From: Phoronis australis
Taxonomy: Eukaryota > Animalia > Phoronida
Length of the DNA: 64,000 nucleotides
Assembly (NCBI GenBank): GCA_002633005.1
Contig: NMRA01000003.1
Location: 2,215,172 to 2,279,171 of the forward strand
Reading direction: 5' to 3'
Position numbers and translations under genes: made by a program. The notes beneath the pieces were generated by a model. The model had not been told where the DNA came from and searched no databases. It saw only the letters and a list, made by a program, of their open reading frames with translations. Below are positions 22,911 to 37,700 of this stretch, in pieces (positions within the stretch are counted from its first letter, which is position 1; each line of letters starts with the position of its first letter).

Positions 22911-25900
22911 TCACATTTGGTCCAAGATAACATCTGCAGCACCATTTGTCTTCTCTCTTTGAGACTGTGCTATAGTCTGCAACAATTAAACAATGCAAAA
23001 TGACTCCTCACTGTTAAAAAAACAACTCTTTAGTCAAAGGTCAAAAAAGCATCGTTGGTTCTGGCCTGTATTCTTTGAAAATAGAGTTGGTCACAGTGTT
23101 GCTCATTTTTTCGAAACAAGCAAATCTACCAGGAAACAGAAAATGATGTACCACTTGGCAAATCACAGCATTTCAAACCTTGCTTACTCTTACATGTCCT
23201 TGTGCACCAGACCTTGGCTGACATTAATGCAGACATTAATCAATAAACACAGGTATCAAAATGAGTCAGGTTACAGACCATAACCAACTATGCATTTTTG
23301 GCTTAATCATTAATTTACCTAAACATCATTCAAGAATGGACTCACCGGAGACAGCCCAAGAGAAGGATGCTAAAGTTGTGTCTCCGATGAGTTGCCAGCA
23401 CTGAGCAGTCACTGGTACGGTGCGCGACTTTAGACGCTCTGTGGTTGGGTTTAAGATCTTTTATAGGCCTAACTACCCCCAATTCCCGTACCAGGATGAA
23501 TTTCAAAAATATCTTGACTTGTTTGCGTCAGATGTGATGTGCAACATCTATGTTGAAAGTGCGCTATATTTTTTTAACATCGGGGATGACAAGTAGCTGA
23601 TTGTAAACATAGATACATTTTGTTATTACTCAAAACATCACCAGGGGAAGTTACAGACTGGTAAGGCACTGACGTTATAACAACACCAAAACAGTAGAAT
23701 ACTAGAATGTCGTTTTTTACCTGTGAGATGAACTGAGCAATGGTCTCGTAGTAGCCAGGACATTGCCAAGTTTCATTGTGTGTTCCTGCTTCAAATCGAG
23801 CCAACTTTTTATTCACACTACTAGACTTCTGCAACAGTCAAAATGAACGAATCTACGTCAAGGTTTTGAGCTCAAGTAATTTTAACAGCAAATTTAAATC
23901 AAAATCAAATCGACAAAACAGCATATTCAGAAATCAAACAAACCACATTAACAATTATAACAAATTTGCATATTGATTATTACAACAAATTCTGTAATCA
24001 CTGTTTGAAGAGTTATCAGTTTTAAGGCCAAAAAATGCATTTTTGGGATTTTTGTTGAAGTTATTAGCTTTGACTATATCCATAAAACAACAAAATCTGT
24101 AGAGTTTTTGTCTGCCAGACATTCGCTGAAACCAACGACAGTGGATTCACCAGTTTTAACGTTTATAATACTGCCATTTATCGCAGTTTAGCTGCACCCG
24201 CAAGACTGTAACCACTGGGGTTGCCGATTTGAATATGCACCAATCTCAGAAACACACTTGTCTAGCTAAAAATGTCCTATTAAACCCGACTACAATCACA
24301 GAAAACAAGTTTTGACTTAGACCATTTACTGTTAGGAAATTGGACTCATATTGTTCCTTAGCCAAACTGGAGGTGATTTCAGGGCTACAAAGAGCTCTAG
24401 ATCAGGCCCTTCAAGTTGACTTGTCAGGGCGTGTCATATTAGCGCAGAGCACGGTCTCGATGAATAACGAACTGTCAGTTTTTTCAAACCCAGAAATCAC
24501 TTCTCGCCTAAGTAACAGAAAAGTTGAGACCAATTTTATAACGGTAAGAGGCCGAATCAAATGTTTGCCTCTTGGACGGAACATGGGTTTGCAACCCCTT
24601 AAATTTGAGAGTTTTAGANNNNNNNNNNNNNNNNNNNNNNNNNNNNNNNNNNNNNNNNNNNNNNNNNNNNNNNNNNNNNNNNNNNNNNNNNNNNNNNNNN
24701 NNNNNNNNNNNNNNNNNNNNNNNNNNNNNNNNAATAAAATTGCTATTAGGTGGCATACCAGTTTTCAGATCTGTCCGAAAGTCGTCGTCGTCCATTGTCA
24801 ACATCACATAAATGCACTTACTAAATTAGTAGATATACTGCAAACGGTTTAGAAGATATAGCCATAGGCGCAAAAAAACTGCCTCTAGGAGGCGCCACAG
24901 TAGTCGAAGTCGTCGGAAAATCATCGTCAACCATCTTCTTCATAGTAAGAAAATACAGGCCAATTTTCACAATCATGTTTAGAGCGCTGGGTTCGGTTGA
25001 TAGAGGGGTGGACGTCAAAAACAGACTCGAAAACAGTAAAAATGGCTTCTAGGTGGCGCAAACTACGTCGAATTCATCCGAAAACGGGAGGATACGTCGT
25101 CTCACTAATAGATGCCTATATACCAAATTTTATGAAAATACGTTGAGGACCTTTGAAGATACAGAGGCAAACGTAAAAAACTAAAATTGCCACTAGGGGG
25201 CACACCGGTAGTCGAGTGCAACATTGCAAGACATCAAAATTCATAAAAATTGAAATTGAACTAATTATTCATAAACAGTAAGTTACTGGTTGAAGCACAA
25301 CATTCTGAAAACCTAAACGCAAACGGGAGTGTGCAAAACCTTTTGCAACGACTTATTTCCATGATTTCAAAGAGTAAGCTTAACATTTCCAAAAGTAACT
25401 TACAGTGTATAATTGTTGCATCATTATAGGAGGGATCAATGTATCAGACATGCCAGATAAGAACAGTGTTGGACTGGTAACTTTCTGGATCAAATTCTTT
25501 GAACGAAACTGTGGAGAAAATGAAAGCAATACAACAACAGGCTTAATCTAGAAAACATTGTTACACGTTTGTAAAATAAACAATTAGAAATGATTTTTGC
25601 TTTGTCACAATTTACAACGTTCTAAACTTGACCAACCAAAATCTGTGATATCCATTATTTCTGTATAATCATTGATAAACATTAACTGTTCACTCATATG
25701 CTTATCACCATTGTGGTGAATACAGACATACGTTTACACATATTACGTTATTCATTAAGAGAAAACGATTTGTCATTTGGAATTGTTTCAAAACAGCCCT
25801 AGCCTTATGAATACTACATTGCAAAGTGTATTCCCTGTTTTAAGCAATACTTGTTAGAGATAATACAAAAGGCATAAATGCACCTTATTTTTGAAACACC

Positions 25901-28695
25901 ACTCTGGAATCAGTTTCATTAATGATATTTTGAATATCTGCCTCCCTATTTCTGGTAGTGTTGTAAATGTGTTCTCTAAAATCAATCCAACAATAACTGT
26001 TGAGTAGTACGGTTGGCTAGCCAAATGAATTGCCACAGCGCCACCTAGTGAACGTCCAAAGATAAATATCCTCTGATGATTAACATCCCTCCGTTTTAAT
26101 AAGTAATCTACAGCAGCTTCACTGTCACTATAGAGACCTGTAAAACAAACAATAAATGGTAACCAGACTGAAATGGTTAAAAATGAGAAACACCATACTC
26201 TTTCCTGAATAGTTTTCAACAACACGAAGTTTTCACTCACAGAGTTCAACAATAATGGGACTAAATTAAACAAATGAACAACGGAACAATACTTTAATTA
26301 TAAGTAATGCTGAAAATGCACAGCACAAAAAAATGTGTCAATGAAAGACAGAGTAACTATGTTATACAATATGTTCAACACGATATTTTGCCAAGTTTCT
26401 CCACACAACTTATGACAAACATGACAGGATAGCTACAAAGTACAAACCATGCTCATGTGGACTTCCATCACTTTTACCATATCCCCTATACTCCACCAGC
26501 AGCACATTGGAGCCAGTGGTATACAGACCCAAAGCATTCACAAGTCGATGACCGATATTACCAGCATTTCCGTGGAGAAATACAATTGTGGGTGCTACAC
26601 TGGCAACACCTGGTGGCTGTCTTATAAAAACCAGATTGATTTTCACCTTGTCCTTGGTATGTACATAGATATTTTCATACGGCAGTTTGTAGGCACTGGG
26701 GCGTTCAACATATAGTCTTGAGGTTGGAGGTTGGTCCGGATAGTAAAGTAACCTGTCCTGAGCATTATACAAAAAGCCTGAAAATTATAACAAAACATTA
26801 CTATAAAAAGTCAACAAATGATTGTTTATGTCTTGCCTAGGTCACAAAAATCACCAGTTTCTTTCAAAAGCAAATTCACCTTCCACCACAAAAACTAACT
26901 TACTGCTATGAAAATGGGTAGAGTTCAGTAGACGTCTCACAGTGAGAAAAATCAAGCCAACATCATGTGCTGTCCTTTAAAATACACAACAATATCTCAC
27001 ATACTCTCACAAAGTCTTTAGTGAGGTCCTAGCGTTACTGAACTCTACCCTGGTCTTAATTTGTTCCTTAGTCAAGTTAGGGTATGTTTCTTGACTTGGA
27101 AAGATCCGACACTTTGTTGTTGGTTGAGACCCATGGCTCTTCTAGTTTGGTTGTGATGACAGGTTATTTCAGTTTGGCAACGAGGATGGTCTGAAGCAAT
27201 ATTGAGTTGTAAGTTCTTTCTAAGGCAAGAAATTGCCTCTGACAAGACAGTGTGACTATGGGGGGATTTAAGAGTGACAGTAAGTTTTCTAAATCAAAAG
27301 TTAGTTTTTTGACAGACGGCAAGATTTTAGTGGGAAATCACTGCAAACACTACACAAGTTGCTCAAAACAAAAAAATTCTATAAAAGCATCTGTTATTAT
27401 TACTGATCAGCTCACTCCAAAACTTCTTGACTAGCCTGTGAGAGTTTTTCAATATTGTTTTAAAATTAAAGGGGGAATTGGAGATCAGATTGTTAATGCG
27501 TGCCTCATTTAATAAACCTATGCATGATTTTGTATCTCAAGTCTGAAGTAAAAAACTGTTGGAATGGAGTGGAATATACAACAGCGCATAGCATATACCC
27601 CAGTTAAGAGCCTAGTTTCATACATTACGTAAAAAAGTAATGACTGAAATCAAAGCCAACAGTTTTAAGCACGCTGAGCATCAATCAATCAGGCGCCTCT
27701 TTCGAAATAATTTGCTGACTGACAATACGTCTCATGGTGAACACATCATGGGAATTTGCCACCATCAATTCCACTCAAAGTAAAGTAAGAGTTACTAAGA
27801 GCCAGTAAGTCTAATAGGGCCATCCCGGATTACACGCTGACAGAACTCTCCTTTGTCCTAGAGACGATAGAAGGCGTGTCACCTTATTTTGGAAATCAGG
27901 CACATTTTCGCAGATCGTGTCAGAAACCGGTAACGGGTTGTGGAAATATTAAAGATTTCAGCCGTTCAAAGGTACTGGAATTGAACAGATGTCTTCAAGA
28001 AAGAGAATTCTGTCATTGCCGTTCAATACTAACCCGGCGAATTTGTTTTACCCACTCGCTGCGCATTTACTTGTCTCTCCTGGATGTCGGGAAGGCAAAG
28101 AACATTAATTCGCATCACGCATCCACAGATATTTGTCCAGTTATCAAACTTTTTCATGGCAGAGTTGCAGCCCACAGGACATGAGTAAAACTACATGAGC
28201 ATTTAAAGGACGGATAGAGTAATGGCTGCTGCCAAGAAAAACTTGTAATGACTCAGATAACAACAAATAACGTGTGGAGTTCCAATGATATGAGAATGTG
28301 GCAGTAAATGTGCTGACAGATGTTTGTGTCATTCTGGGACTGCAAGATTCGACTGTCGCAGTGTAATCCGGCGCCGTCCTGTTTCATATTGACTATTGTA
28401 GTACGCTTCCAACTTTTCAGAGACATATTACACACAACTTATGCTTACCTATCACAGCTAACAGCATCAAGCACAACCCTAATAAACTTCCATATACCCA
28501 ATACAAAAGGCTGAAAATTAATAACAACACTGGAAAAGTAGTCCAGACTTCTCTGGTAATGCTCTGTATTCTCCCGCACACAGCTGAACAGCTGAACATG
28601 GTTTGTCCAGATGTTCCTGACGCCAACTTCAAGTTTCCAAAACCAGTCACCGGCACATCAGCCGGTTCCTCTTTCTGGGCTTGGGGTTGAGTCAT
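22911..28695 (-). CDS. ABHD13: Alpha/beta hydrolase domain-containing protein 13
   Basis: Phase-consistent GT-AG exons 28695-28449, 26777-26448, 26137-25884, 25508-25404, 23828-23721, 22976-22911. Motifs: TM, QDRLLYYP, FLHGNAGNIGHRL, EYRGYGKSDG, nucleophile GRSLGG, ILENTFT, LSGMSDTLIPP (Asp), GTHNETW (His). Confidence 0.93.
24733..25215 (+). repeat. Third satellite array fragment (ABHD13 intron, abutting a gap)
   Basis: Closely matches 18394-18688 joined directly to 19595-19770, i.e. the uninterrupted version of array 2. Confidence 0.85.
26916..27050. mobile_element. Short MITE
   Basis: GGGTAGAGTTCAGTA ... TACTGAACTCTACCC perfect 15-bp TIR. Confidence 0.7.
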
Positions 28696-30689
28696 TCGAT
28701 TGAGATTCCTTTGGAACCCGCATCGACTGTTCCTCACTTTGAACCACACTGTCTGTGAAAATGAAAGTGTAAACTCGTCTGACCAGACGAGCAACTTGTT
28801 GAACTATTGCCGGAAATCTATCAATGACTCCTACGTTCTTCGAATTTCGAACATTTACTTAAAGCGATCATTTTGAATTTATAATTAATGTAATGACTCT
28901 TAAGCATTAAAATGAAAAATTTTTAGCGATTTGCGCACCCTACTTTGTAAGTAATAATTGCAGCAATAAACCGAGGAGGTAATCACATGTGTGTCACATG
29001 ACTTGTGTATGTCGTGGTTTATTGGTAGCTGTGTGCTTTGGCGCTTAGTCATGCTTAGTGCGCTTCTTTAATATTTGAAGGTATGTTCACGAATATAGTG
29101 ATATCCATTAAACATGTATTTAAAGTAATTGCTGTTGCCATGAATTCCTGATTCGTATTTATAACATGGCAAAGATCGGTACTTCGTCTTCGATTGCTTG
29201 TTGTACGACACTTCGAAGGACCGGGCGAAAATTGTTTGGACGTCGACCCTAGTATTGTCCTGAGATAGTGAGGGACATAGACTTGACCCTAAGCTGTATA
29301 AAATATACCAGTCAGCTAGCTGTATTACATTTACCGTAGTATACAGCATTGTACCAAGGCTATGAGAGGCAGTGCTTTGTCAGTACGTTATGCCAGATAG
29401 CAAGTCAGATACTATTTGGCTATTGGGGCACAAACAAATTAGTTCCAGGCCCTATACTAGGCTATAGTACACTCCGAAACCCTATAGTCGTCCGCCTAAG
29501 CATAAAACCGGCTTGTTGTCTTACTCACCCAATTATTCCACTTCAAAGTTATGATCTGAATAGGACTTGATTTAACTCTCACAAATATATAGTATTCGTT
29601 GATTCAAACGTTTTCTTTTACTTAAGCCGAGTTGTTCAACTGTGCATTGGTTTTCGGCAGCCATTTTATAATGACACCTATGGTCGTCATGTGCTGCCGC
29701 CTTTTGAAAGGACAGAAAACCACACAGAAAAAGGCCAAGAAAATAGTGGAAAGTGGTTTACAGCAACTCTACTTCAACCACAAACTGTTTTACTGGTATG
29801 ATATCGATTTTTAAATCGATTAAAATTGATTTAGAATTTCAGTTCTGGAAAATAAATCACAATTGTTTTATTCCAGGCAGACCTTACTTATTTTGTATTT
29901 GTGACCTCTTTATTTGACTTTTTGCTCTTGTTGTTCTTAACATCACTTATCTCTGCTGTCCTTCTTTTTCTTTTCAGTTTCTCTTCATTCTCTGTTAACA
30001 CCTTGTCAGCCAAAACAGAACTGTAAGCCTTTGAGACTTGGTAGGCGGAAGTTGATCATTGAACCTCGATACAATTGTTCTAATAAATTACCCATAATTG
30101 TATTGTTTGATTTTTTCTCATCTTTAACAGGCTTCTGCATTCATAAATAAATAAATAAATACCCAAGTTGCATTTGAATTTTATTGCTCAATCTCTTCTT
30201 TTATTTTTGATTATGTCATGCTGTGTTGTATGTAACAAATGCAATATAGTGAAATAAAGTCAATGTTTTACTTTATTGGTGGCCATTCTCTATCAATTCA
30301 AGTATTTTAATTTTCTTCAAATAAATTCAAAATGCTTTAACCAAAATTTTCAACATAAATGTTGAGTTCAGTACTGTGTTTTGCAATAAAAAAACAAGTG
30401 AACAATATTTTGATGACCAAGGCGTGGGCCGAAACTGTTAAGCACCCAGCGTGTTCCATTTGTCTGCTGCGTTTTTCCTTTGGCCTAACAGATGTCGGTT
30501 AGTGCCTGGGACAAATAGATACATTGCATAAACAATCCCTGGGTTGCTTTTTGTTCCGTCTGAAGAAAATTTAATTTCGAAAATATCTTCTGAAAATGAA
30601 CAAAAAAGTGCATTAGTAAAATCAACAAGTTTTTAAGTGGTCTCAAAAAAACAGTCGGTAAATGCATTAATTTTAGTCTCAGTTCTTCC

Positions 30690-31030
30690 ACGCGTGTTTC
30701 TCCCGAGAGGTTAGTACCTAACGTGCAGACGAGCGTTCCAAATTGGAACGCTAAGTCCCGCGTGGCAGCGCTGCACGCGAAACAAGATGGCGGACGACCT
30801 TTGGAGACTGACGACGAGAGGTAATCGGACTATATAGCCTCTGTAAGCCCTCTGATCATTGCTAAGTGAAAACCGAAACCCCAACAAATTTTAGACTTAG
30901 TGTCACTTACCTTTGGCAATTTTAATTTTTCTTTAATCCTTTATACTGGCAATTAAAGTTAATTCCAGAGCAATTAACATGATGGCGTTCTGTCGTTCAG
31001 CAACTTTTCCAGACGTGAGGGGTTCTGAAC
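30690..31030. promoter_or_regulatory. Putative bidirectional promoter / first exons of EPHX1 and ABHD13
   Basis: CpG-enriched patch; YY1-type motif CAAGATGGCGG (30783-30793); plus-strand donor GAG|GTAATC at 30820; minus-strand donor AAG|GTAAGT at 30911; both genes have acceptors upstream of their ATGs (31741, 28752). Confidence 0.55.
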
Positions 31031-31764
31031 GTGCGCTAACATATGGCTCCTTTGTTAACTGCCCAGCACAGTCTTTTGTCCCGTATGACAACAAGCAGGC
31101 AAATTATCTCCCAGGCTTCAAAGGGTTACTGAAACCTGGCAGAATGGATTGTCTTAACTGGTTGTAGTTGAGCGATTTTAGTGATTCAAAAACTGAACAT
31201 GATCAACATTTGACAAGGAATTTAGAAATGCAATGTTCAAATATATTATAACTTAACTTTCCTTTTTAGCAGCACAGCCCAGTCAGACTAGATACGATCT
31301 GATCAGAGATTAGAGCGTAAATGCCAGAATGGAGTTAATCAGTCGTGTAAGATATTGGCTACAGGGGTGATCTTCTCAACTTGTTGTTGGGCTATGGAAT
31401 CAAACAAGTTGGGAGCAACGGGAAAATGTCGTAATGTTAGTCACATGTTAAAAAATTCATTGCCTGCTATGTTTTCTATGGAAAGTGTTTTCTTAAGCTA
31501 GCTTATTTTGGCATTTGGTGATGATCAGTTTTTCAGTGTATTTTACACGATCTGTTGTTCACAGGTAATTGTTTCTTACACGTGTGATTGTTTAGTATAC
31601 ACTTTGTGTTATCAATAAAAGGTAAACCGGTTGAGCATTCCATTACAGGGTGACCACAGAACTGACAGACAATGTATTGCCTGTCAAACGATGCTTTGAT
31701 ATGCAAATTTAACTAACCTTAATCTATGATTTATTTCCAGTTTCATCAAGTGTTGTCTGGGAGT

Positions 31765-34700
31765 ATGGGAGTGTGTTCCATCACTGTTGTTGTTCTTCTG
31801 GTTGCTGTAATTGTTGGTGTTATACTGTCAGTGTACTTGACACCATCGCTGGAGAAACCGCCAATCAAAGAAGGGTGGTGGGGGAGAGGAACCCAGAAGG
31901 ATGTTTCTTCAGATGAAGTTTTTCCATTTTATGTTGACATAGATGAAAAAGTGCTTGGGGACTTGTCAGAACGACTAAACAAAACTAGATTCTTTGAAGG
32001 CCTTGAGGATGTTCAATTCCATTATGGCTTCAGGCCAGAATATATGCGCAATGTAGTAGACTACTGGAAGTCTTCATACAATTGGAAGAAACAGCAAGAA
32101 CAATTGAACATGTACAACCACTTCAAGACCAGCATTGAGGGAGTCAATGTACACTTTGTACATGTCAAACCAAAACTCAAACCAGGTTTATTTTCTTGTT
32201 TCATTAAAAAGGTATGAATTAAAAACACACAAGCGTTCACACGTCCAGACGTTCAAGCATCACACTATTCCGTGTAGGCTGGAAACTTATTGGCAAATTA
32301 CAAATCACCCTGGCTACCTACACTGTTCAAGTTGCAAGTGCTTGATGTACCTTTCGTGCACAGGCAAATGCCTTCGGAGGCCACCAGTTTCCTTAAATTC
32401 TTTCAACTGGAACAAATGAGTCTAGCAATCTTGATTTCTTTTTAATAAAATCGTTAGTGAGCCAAGGTTACTTTCAATATTCTTGAAGTCAAGTGGAAAC
32501 ATGCTATGCCATAGCCAGGAATCTCCAGTGTAGACTTTCAATGTTTAGGGGGCTCATATTGTTCAATGCATTGACAACCCTTTGCACTCAATATCTGGTG
32601 GTTCATTGCTTTATGACGGGTAGTTACTCACTAGGATTCTGTGCCTGAGACTAAACTTATTACGTTCTTGTATTATGTGTCATAAACAAAATAGTTTTAA
32701 CTTAAAGCTCCTGTATTAGTAAAAGAATAACTTATTATATTTACAAATGATCAAATTTGTTTTTGTACTTTATTTAATTTCTTACCTTTGGCTGTAATTA
32801 TTTGAGCAAGACCATTGGAGGATATCATTTGTAACAAGACAATAAAAAGCTTACATTTCATGTAAACAAAAACATTAACTGTTCATGGATTTTTCTTATT
32901 CGAAGATGGACTGTAACTGAAGTTAGATTCTGATGACACTTCTGATAACACTGAAGGTTGTTGTGTTTCTCTTTTGATATTGCTCAGTGTTTAGATAATT
33001 TATGTCTATGTCTATGTCAGATTAATTGGCCAGTTAATGTTATGTGTAATATTAGATCAGCAATTCCGTGCATTTTGCAAAATCCCTACAAAGTTATAGA
33101 ATTGAACTGTAAAAGAGTTTCTGAAAGTAGTAAGTCTATAAATTTGATTTCCAACTTTATACCAGTTTGCCATTAAAGTTGGATCAGGTAACCGTGTCTG
33201 GATGCATTCGTAATAAAACAACGCAATTAGTAAAATGACCAAATTTCTTTTTGTGTGAATGTTTATGGTAAAATCTAAAGGATGCCATTACAGTTTTCTA
33301 ATTGCCTTGTTTTATCTGTGTGCAACTTTTGAGTTGTTAATAATTGTCATTTCATAGATATGAATGTTCAGAAGTTATCCACACTGGACATTTTTCTAGG
33401 ATCTCACATACATGTAACCTTAATCAGCCAAATGTGTGTTGGCCAATTACTAACGAAAGACATGCGCAAACATTCCTGCATAGATCTTAGGCTCACTATT
33501 ATTGGCATCGATCATTGCTTGGGTGGAGTATCTGTCTAAATTAGCAACTAATCCTTGAAAATAGTGAATATAACTTGGCACACACATTGTATTTTTTATT
33601 ACACATGCGGTTATGAGTCCATAATTCCCTCTGAACAACATTCTAATGTTCATACTCTATTTTATTTCTAGGTCAAAAAGCAAAACCATTGTTGATGGTT
33701 CATGGTTGGCCAGGATCTTTCTTTGAGTTTTACAAGATCATCCCCATGCTGACGGAGTCTGCTGGTACTCAGGGTGATGTCTTTGAATTGATCTGCCCAT
33801 CAATTCCAGGCTATGGATTTTCAGAGGCTCCTCATAAGAAAGGTTGACATTTGAGCAACGGATAAATTTACTTAAGTTAACTGTCAACTAGCAGTGTATG
33901 CTTGGTTTGTTGTCTTGTGAGTAGTGTGATCACTTAAGTCCATACACAAACAGTCTACCCCCAGAACAACTTGCACTAGTGCAACTTACCCCACTTTTGA
34001 GTGGAGCGTCCGCACACACACACACACATCCGACAACTAAGGTAAGGTGGAAGTTGTCTCTCTGTGTGTTGCAATGAACGGCTAATGTGAGTACGGCTGA
34101 CATAAGAAAACACATCTATATGTAACTGTAGCTGATAATTACTTCCGCCGTACCCCACTTATGCAGCCACTCAGCGATTACAAGTGGCATAAGTTACCCT
34201 AGAATAAGTTACCCCACCTTGATAATGTGGAGTAAATTGTCACAAGTGGGGTAAGTTGTGCTAATTTCAATAGTGCCTAGGCAGCACTCAAACCTAGCGA
34301 CAACTCGATCCCGAGGAGCAATTTGTTCTTGGCAAAGTCTGTGTGGCACTCAAGAAACCTGTGATAAGATCAATAAAAAATTTTAAAATCTGAACTCTGG
34401 ACTTAAAGCGATATACTTAGTGGACACTTGGATTGGAATCATTCATTACGGGCAGGCTTGGCTGAGAAAATTGTGGGGCTCATTATTTTCTTAACAGTCC
34501 AAGCAATCCAATCCAGAGTCACGGGGCTTGTTATGCATATTATACTACCTATATTTGGAAGAAAGTCTTACAGGGAACTGTTTTCAGTGCCCCAGGAAAC
34601 ATGTTGTGGTCAGCTGATTTCAGCTGCGTTGTAAGTGTGTAAATGACCATCGGCTTCTAATACTAGGACAAGTGCAGATCTTTGTAAATGGCTGCTGGTC

Positions 34701-37700
34701 AAGTAAGAAATGGATACTTTGTATAAATGATTCAGAAGTTGCCAAAGTAGCTTTTTGAAAGTATAATGGCACACAGCATGGAGTATTCACTGCGGCATCC
34801 AGTGCTGCTCAAAGCTAGTTAGTGCTCAATACCAGTATAAGGGAATAGTTGTAATTGTTTACCATTAGTGTTACCCTCTTGGTGTATAGTAGGACCACCA
34901 AATGTGCTGTATGTTGTGGTAATGTGATGCTTTGATTCCTTAGGATTTGACCAGGTTGCTGCGGCTAGAGTTTTCCACAAACTGATGTTACGTCTAGGAC
35001 ATGAGTCTTACTATGTCCAGGGAGGTGATTGGGGCGCACTTGTGACAACACTGATGTCTATTATGTTTGAAAGGTAATATATATATCATATTTTGATACT
35101 TTTTAGACTTTGAACTATGAAAGTGATGTCAGTGCATTCAGTTATCATAAGGTTGCCCAGTGTCAATGTGTTCAACTGAGATTTTGGTATATTTTCATTT
35201 CAAGTATGAATCCAAAACCAATTCTATGTATCAGATTAGCTTATAATGCTAGCATTGTTGCTCAGCACTAACATATATGTGCCAGAAGTCATTGTTGGTT
35301 TTTAGCTTTGACATAACTGACCTTCATCCAAATTCTTGTTTAAAGCTCTTGTCTTCACCAACTAGATACCTTAGGTTGCTAATCAGACTATTCTTCCATA
35401 ACGGCGTCGCGTGATACAGTCATGTCATCGGTTTGGTACTGGGTTTAAGAGGACTGGTGGATGTGCTCAGTCTTCCTAATCCCTATCATTTTTGGTACCA
35501 ACTAAACAATTAGTATGATTAGTGTTTTGGCAACTCAAAAACTGCTTGAACGAGAAGCAACAGAAGGACACCGTTTTGTTTTATCAAAAAGTTGTGAAAG
35601 CACTTGTGTCATTTGTGAAAACAACTTGCTGTGCCGGGCTGAAGTCTGCACTGTATGAGTTCTTTCTAATAGCTCATACTGATCACTTAACCCTGCTATG
35701 ATTCATCAGTCAAAACTCAAACTTTTTTTTACACTTCAAACCAGTGTGAAACTAGTCTCTACATAGAGATTTCTGTGTTTGGTGGAAGGAGTCGCAGCTT
35801 GTTATTGCCAGAAGGTATGCTGTCTGCACATAAAATAGCCTGCTGGGGAGGCAGGCCTAGATAATGAAACTGGTCAAGCAATAATGTACAGTCAAATTTC
35901 CCACCCCTAGCCCATAAATCACTTCTTACCTGAAAATTAGCATGCCCTTTGAAGCCAATTTTACAACGGTGTGTATAAATCCCAACTCAAAAGAGTACTT
36001 AACATGGTGCGTGGCAGTTTTAATTAATCAACACTTACAACTGCAACTACAAAGCTTATTAAAACATAATGTCATAATACAACTCATTTGCAGCTGAGCC
36101 TGTGTGTTACCTTAAGCTAGCCACATATTTCCAGTGCTGACGCATGTTGTAGCTTTGGTGACCATAACTCAGAACATAATCTGTATTTCTGCACTTGCAG
36201 TCATGTGAAAGGCCTTCATACTAACTTTGCCACTCCGCCCCAGTCAGCCTGGTCCATGGTCCTCCAGTTACTGGGAACTGTAGTGCCCTCTGCTGTGGTG
36301 AAAGAAAGTGATAGGTGGAAGCTGTATCCTATGCTTGACAAGTTCAAGTTTTATTTGGAGGAGTTTGGCTACTTTCACCTTCAAGCCACTAAACCAGACA
36401 CAGTTGGTATGCCAAACTATGTGTCACTGTCTCTTGTAGTTGATTTTACATGCTACATTATGTGTTCTCAGGGAACTTGATTTCCTTATACTGGTATGAA
36501 TTGTGTGTTCCAGAATATTAACACCAATGCACAGTTATGTTCTTAAGTGTCTTGTCAGTCTAAGATGTCTTGGTTTAAAAACACATCTCATGTGACTAAA
36601 CAACTGAAGATGCAATTTTTAAAGCTCAGTAACTTATGCAATGACTTGTGTCAACCTAGAAATGCAAATGTGATGTGAATTGTCTCAAACAAGCGTGATT
36701 TGAAAAATTATTTTTATGTCGCATTATTTACATACTGGGATTGCAGTTTTGTTTAAACAAACTTTGACACTGTTCCCAGGGTACCCGGGCCTGTATCATG
36801 AAATGTTGCTTAACACTTAAGACAGATTTTTATGCTTCACATTATTTCCAAATCTAACAAAGCTCAGTTTTCCATGGTCTAACAATTGCATGGTCAAACC
36901 CTTACTCAGTAATACCAACATGGGAGTTTACGACAAAATGTCCGACTTGTCTGATGTCACTTTTCAGGCCCCAGGTTCTGTTGTACTCACAACACTGGAA
37001 AACCTCGTTACTGAATTACAGGCAATTTGAATTAACACATTCACTAATTAGACTACAGGTTGTTCGGGCTCTTGCTTATATCTAGACATAACTTGTAAAA
37101 CCCATTATTTCTACTTCAAATGTTAGAAAACAGGCAACTTTAAGAGTGCGAATTAAATCATAAGTTATTGTTTCAGGACATGCACTGAATAATTCACCTG
37201 TCGGATTAGCGGCTTACATTCTTGACAAGTTCTCTGTGTGGACCAACTATGAGAAAGGCGTAAACAGTGAGGATGGTGCACTGACAGACAAGTTTGAACT
37301 TGATGACCTTCTGACCAATGTCATGATATACTGGGTCACTGGATCCATTTCATCTTCGATGAGATTTTATAAAGAACATATTCAAAGCGCTGACTGCAGA
37401 ACTTACAATAGGTGAGCAATACAGAACTTTACATTTCGTTGTTGACAAACTGGTGCTGCATAGCCGGCTATTGTTCTTAATGACATTTACTTTGTTTGAA
37501 AATCTTAAAGCCGCATTTTGTTTAACTGGCTAAAAAACGGAAATCGAATTAGGTTTTTTACTTTCATAAAAGCGATCTCCTAATATGCCTTACCATGATA
37601 GGATTCTATTTCCATTACATTTTCTTAATAAGTCACCGATGGGTTCCATGTTCTCGTAGGTCATAGAAATAGAATCCTGTCGCAGTAAGGAATATTATGA

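Noticed and set aside
27876-28420. Coding-like stretch antisense within ABHD13 intron 1
   Set aside because: Multiple stops in all frames and no recognisable family.
33975-34275. CAC-initiated inverted repeat suggesting Transib/RAG-like ends
   Set aside because: Similarity is limited to internal CAACTTACCCCAC motifs, ends do not align cleanly and no TSD is readable; treated as an ordinary old MITE.
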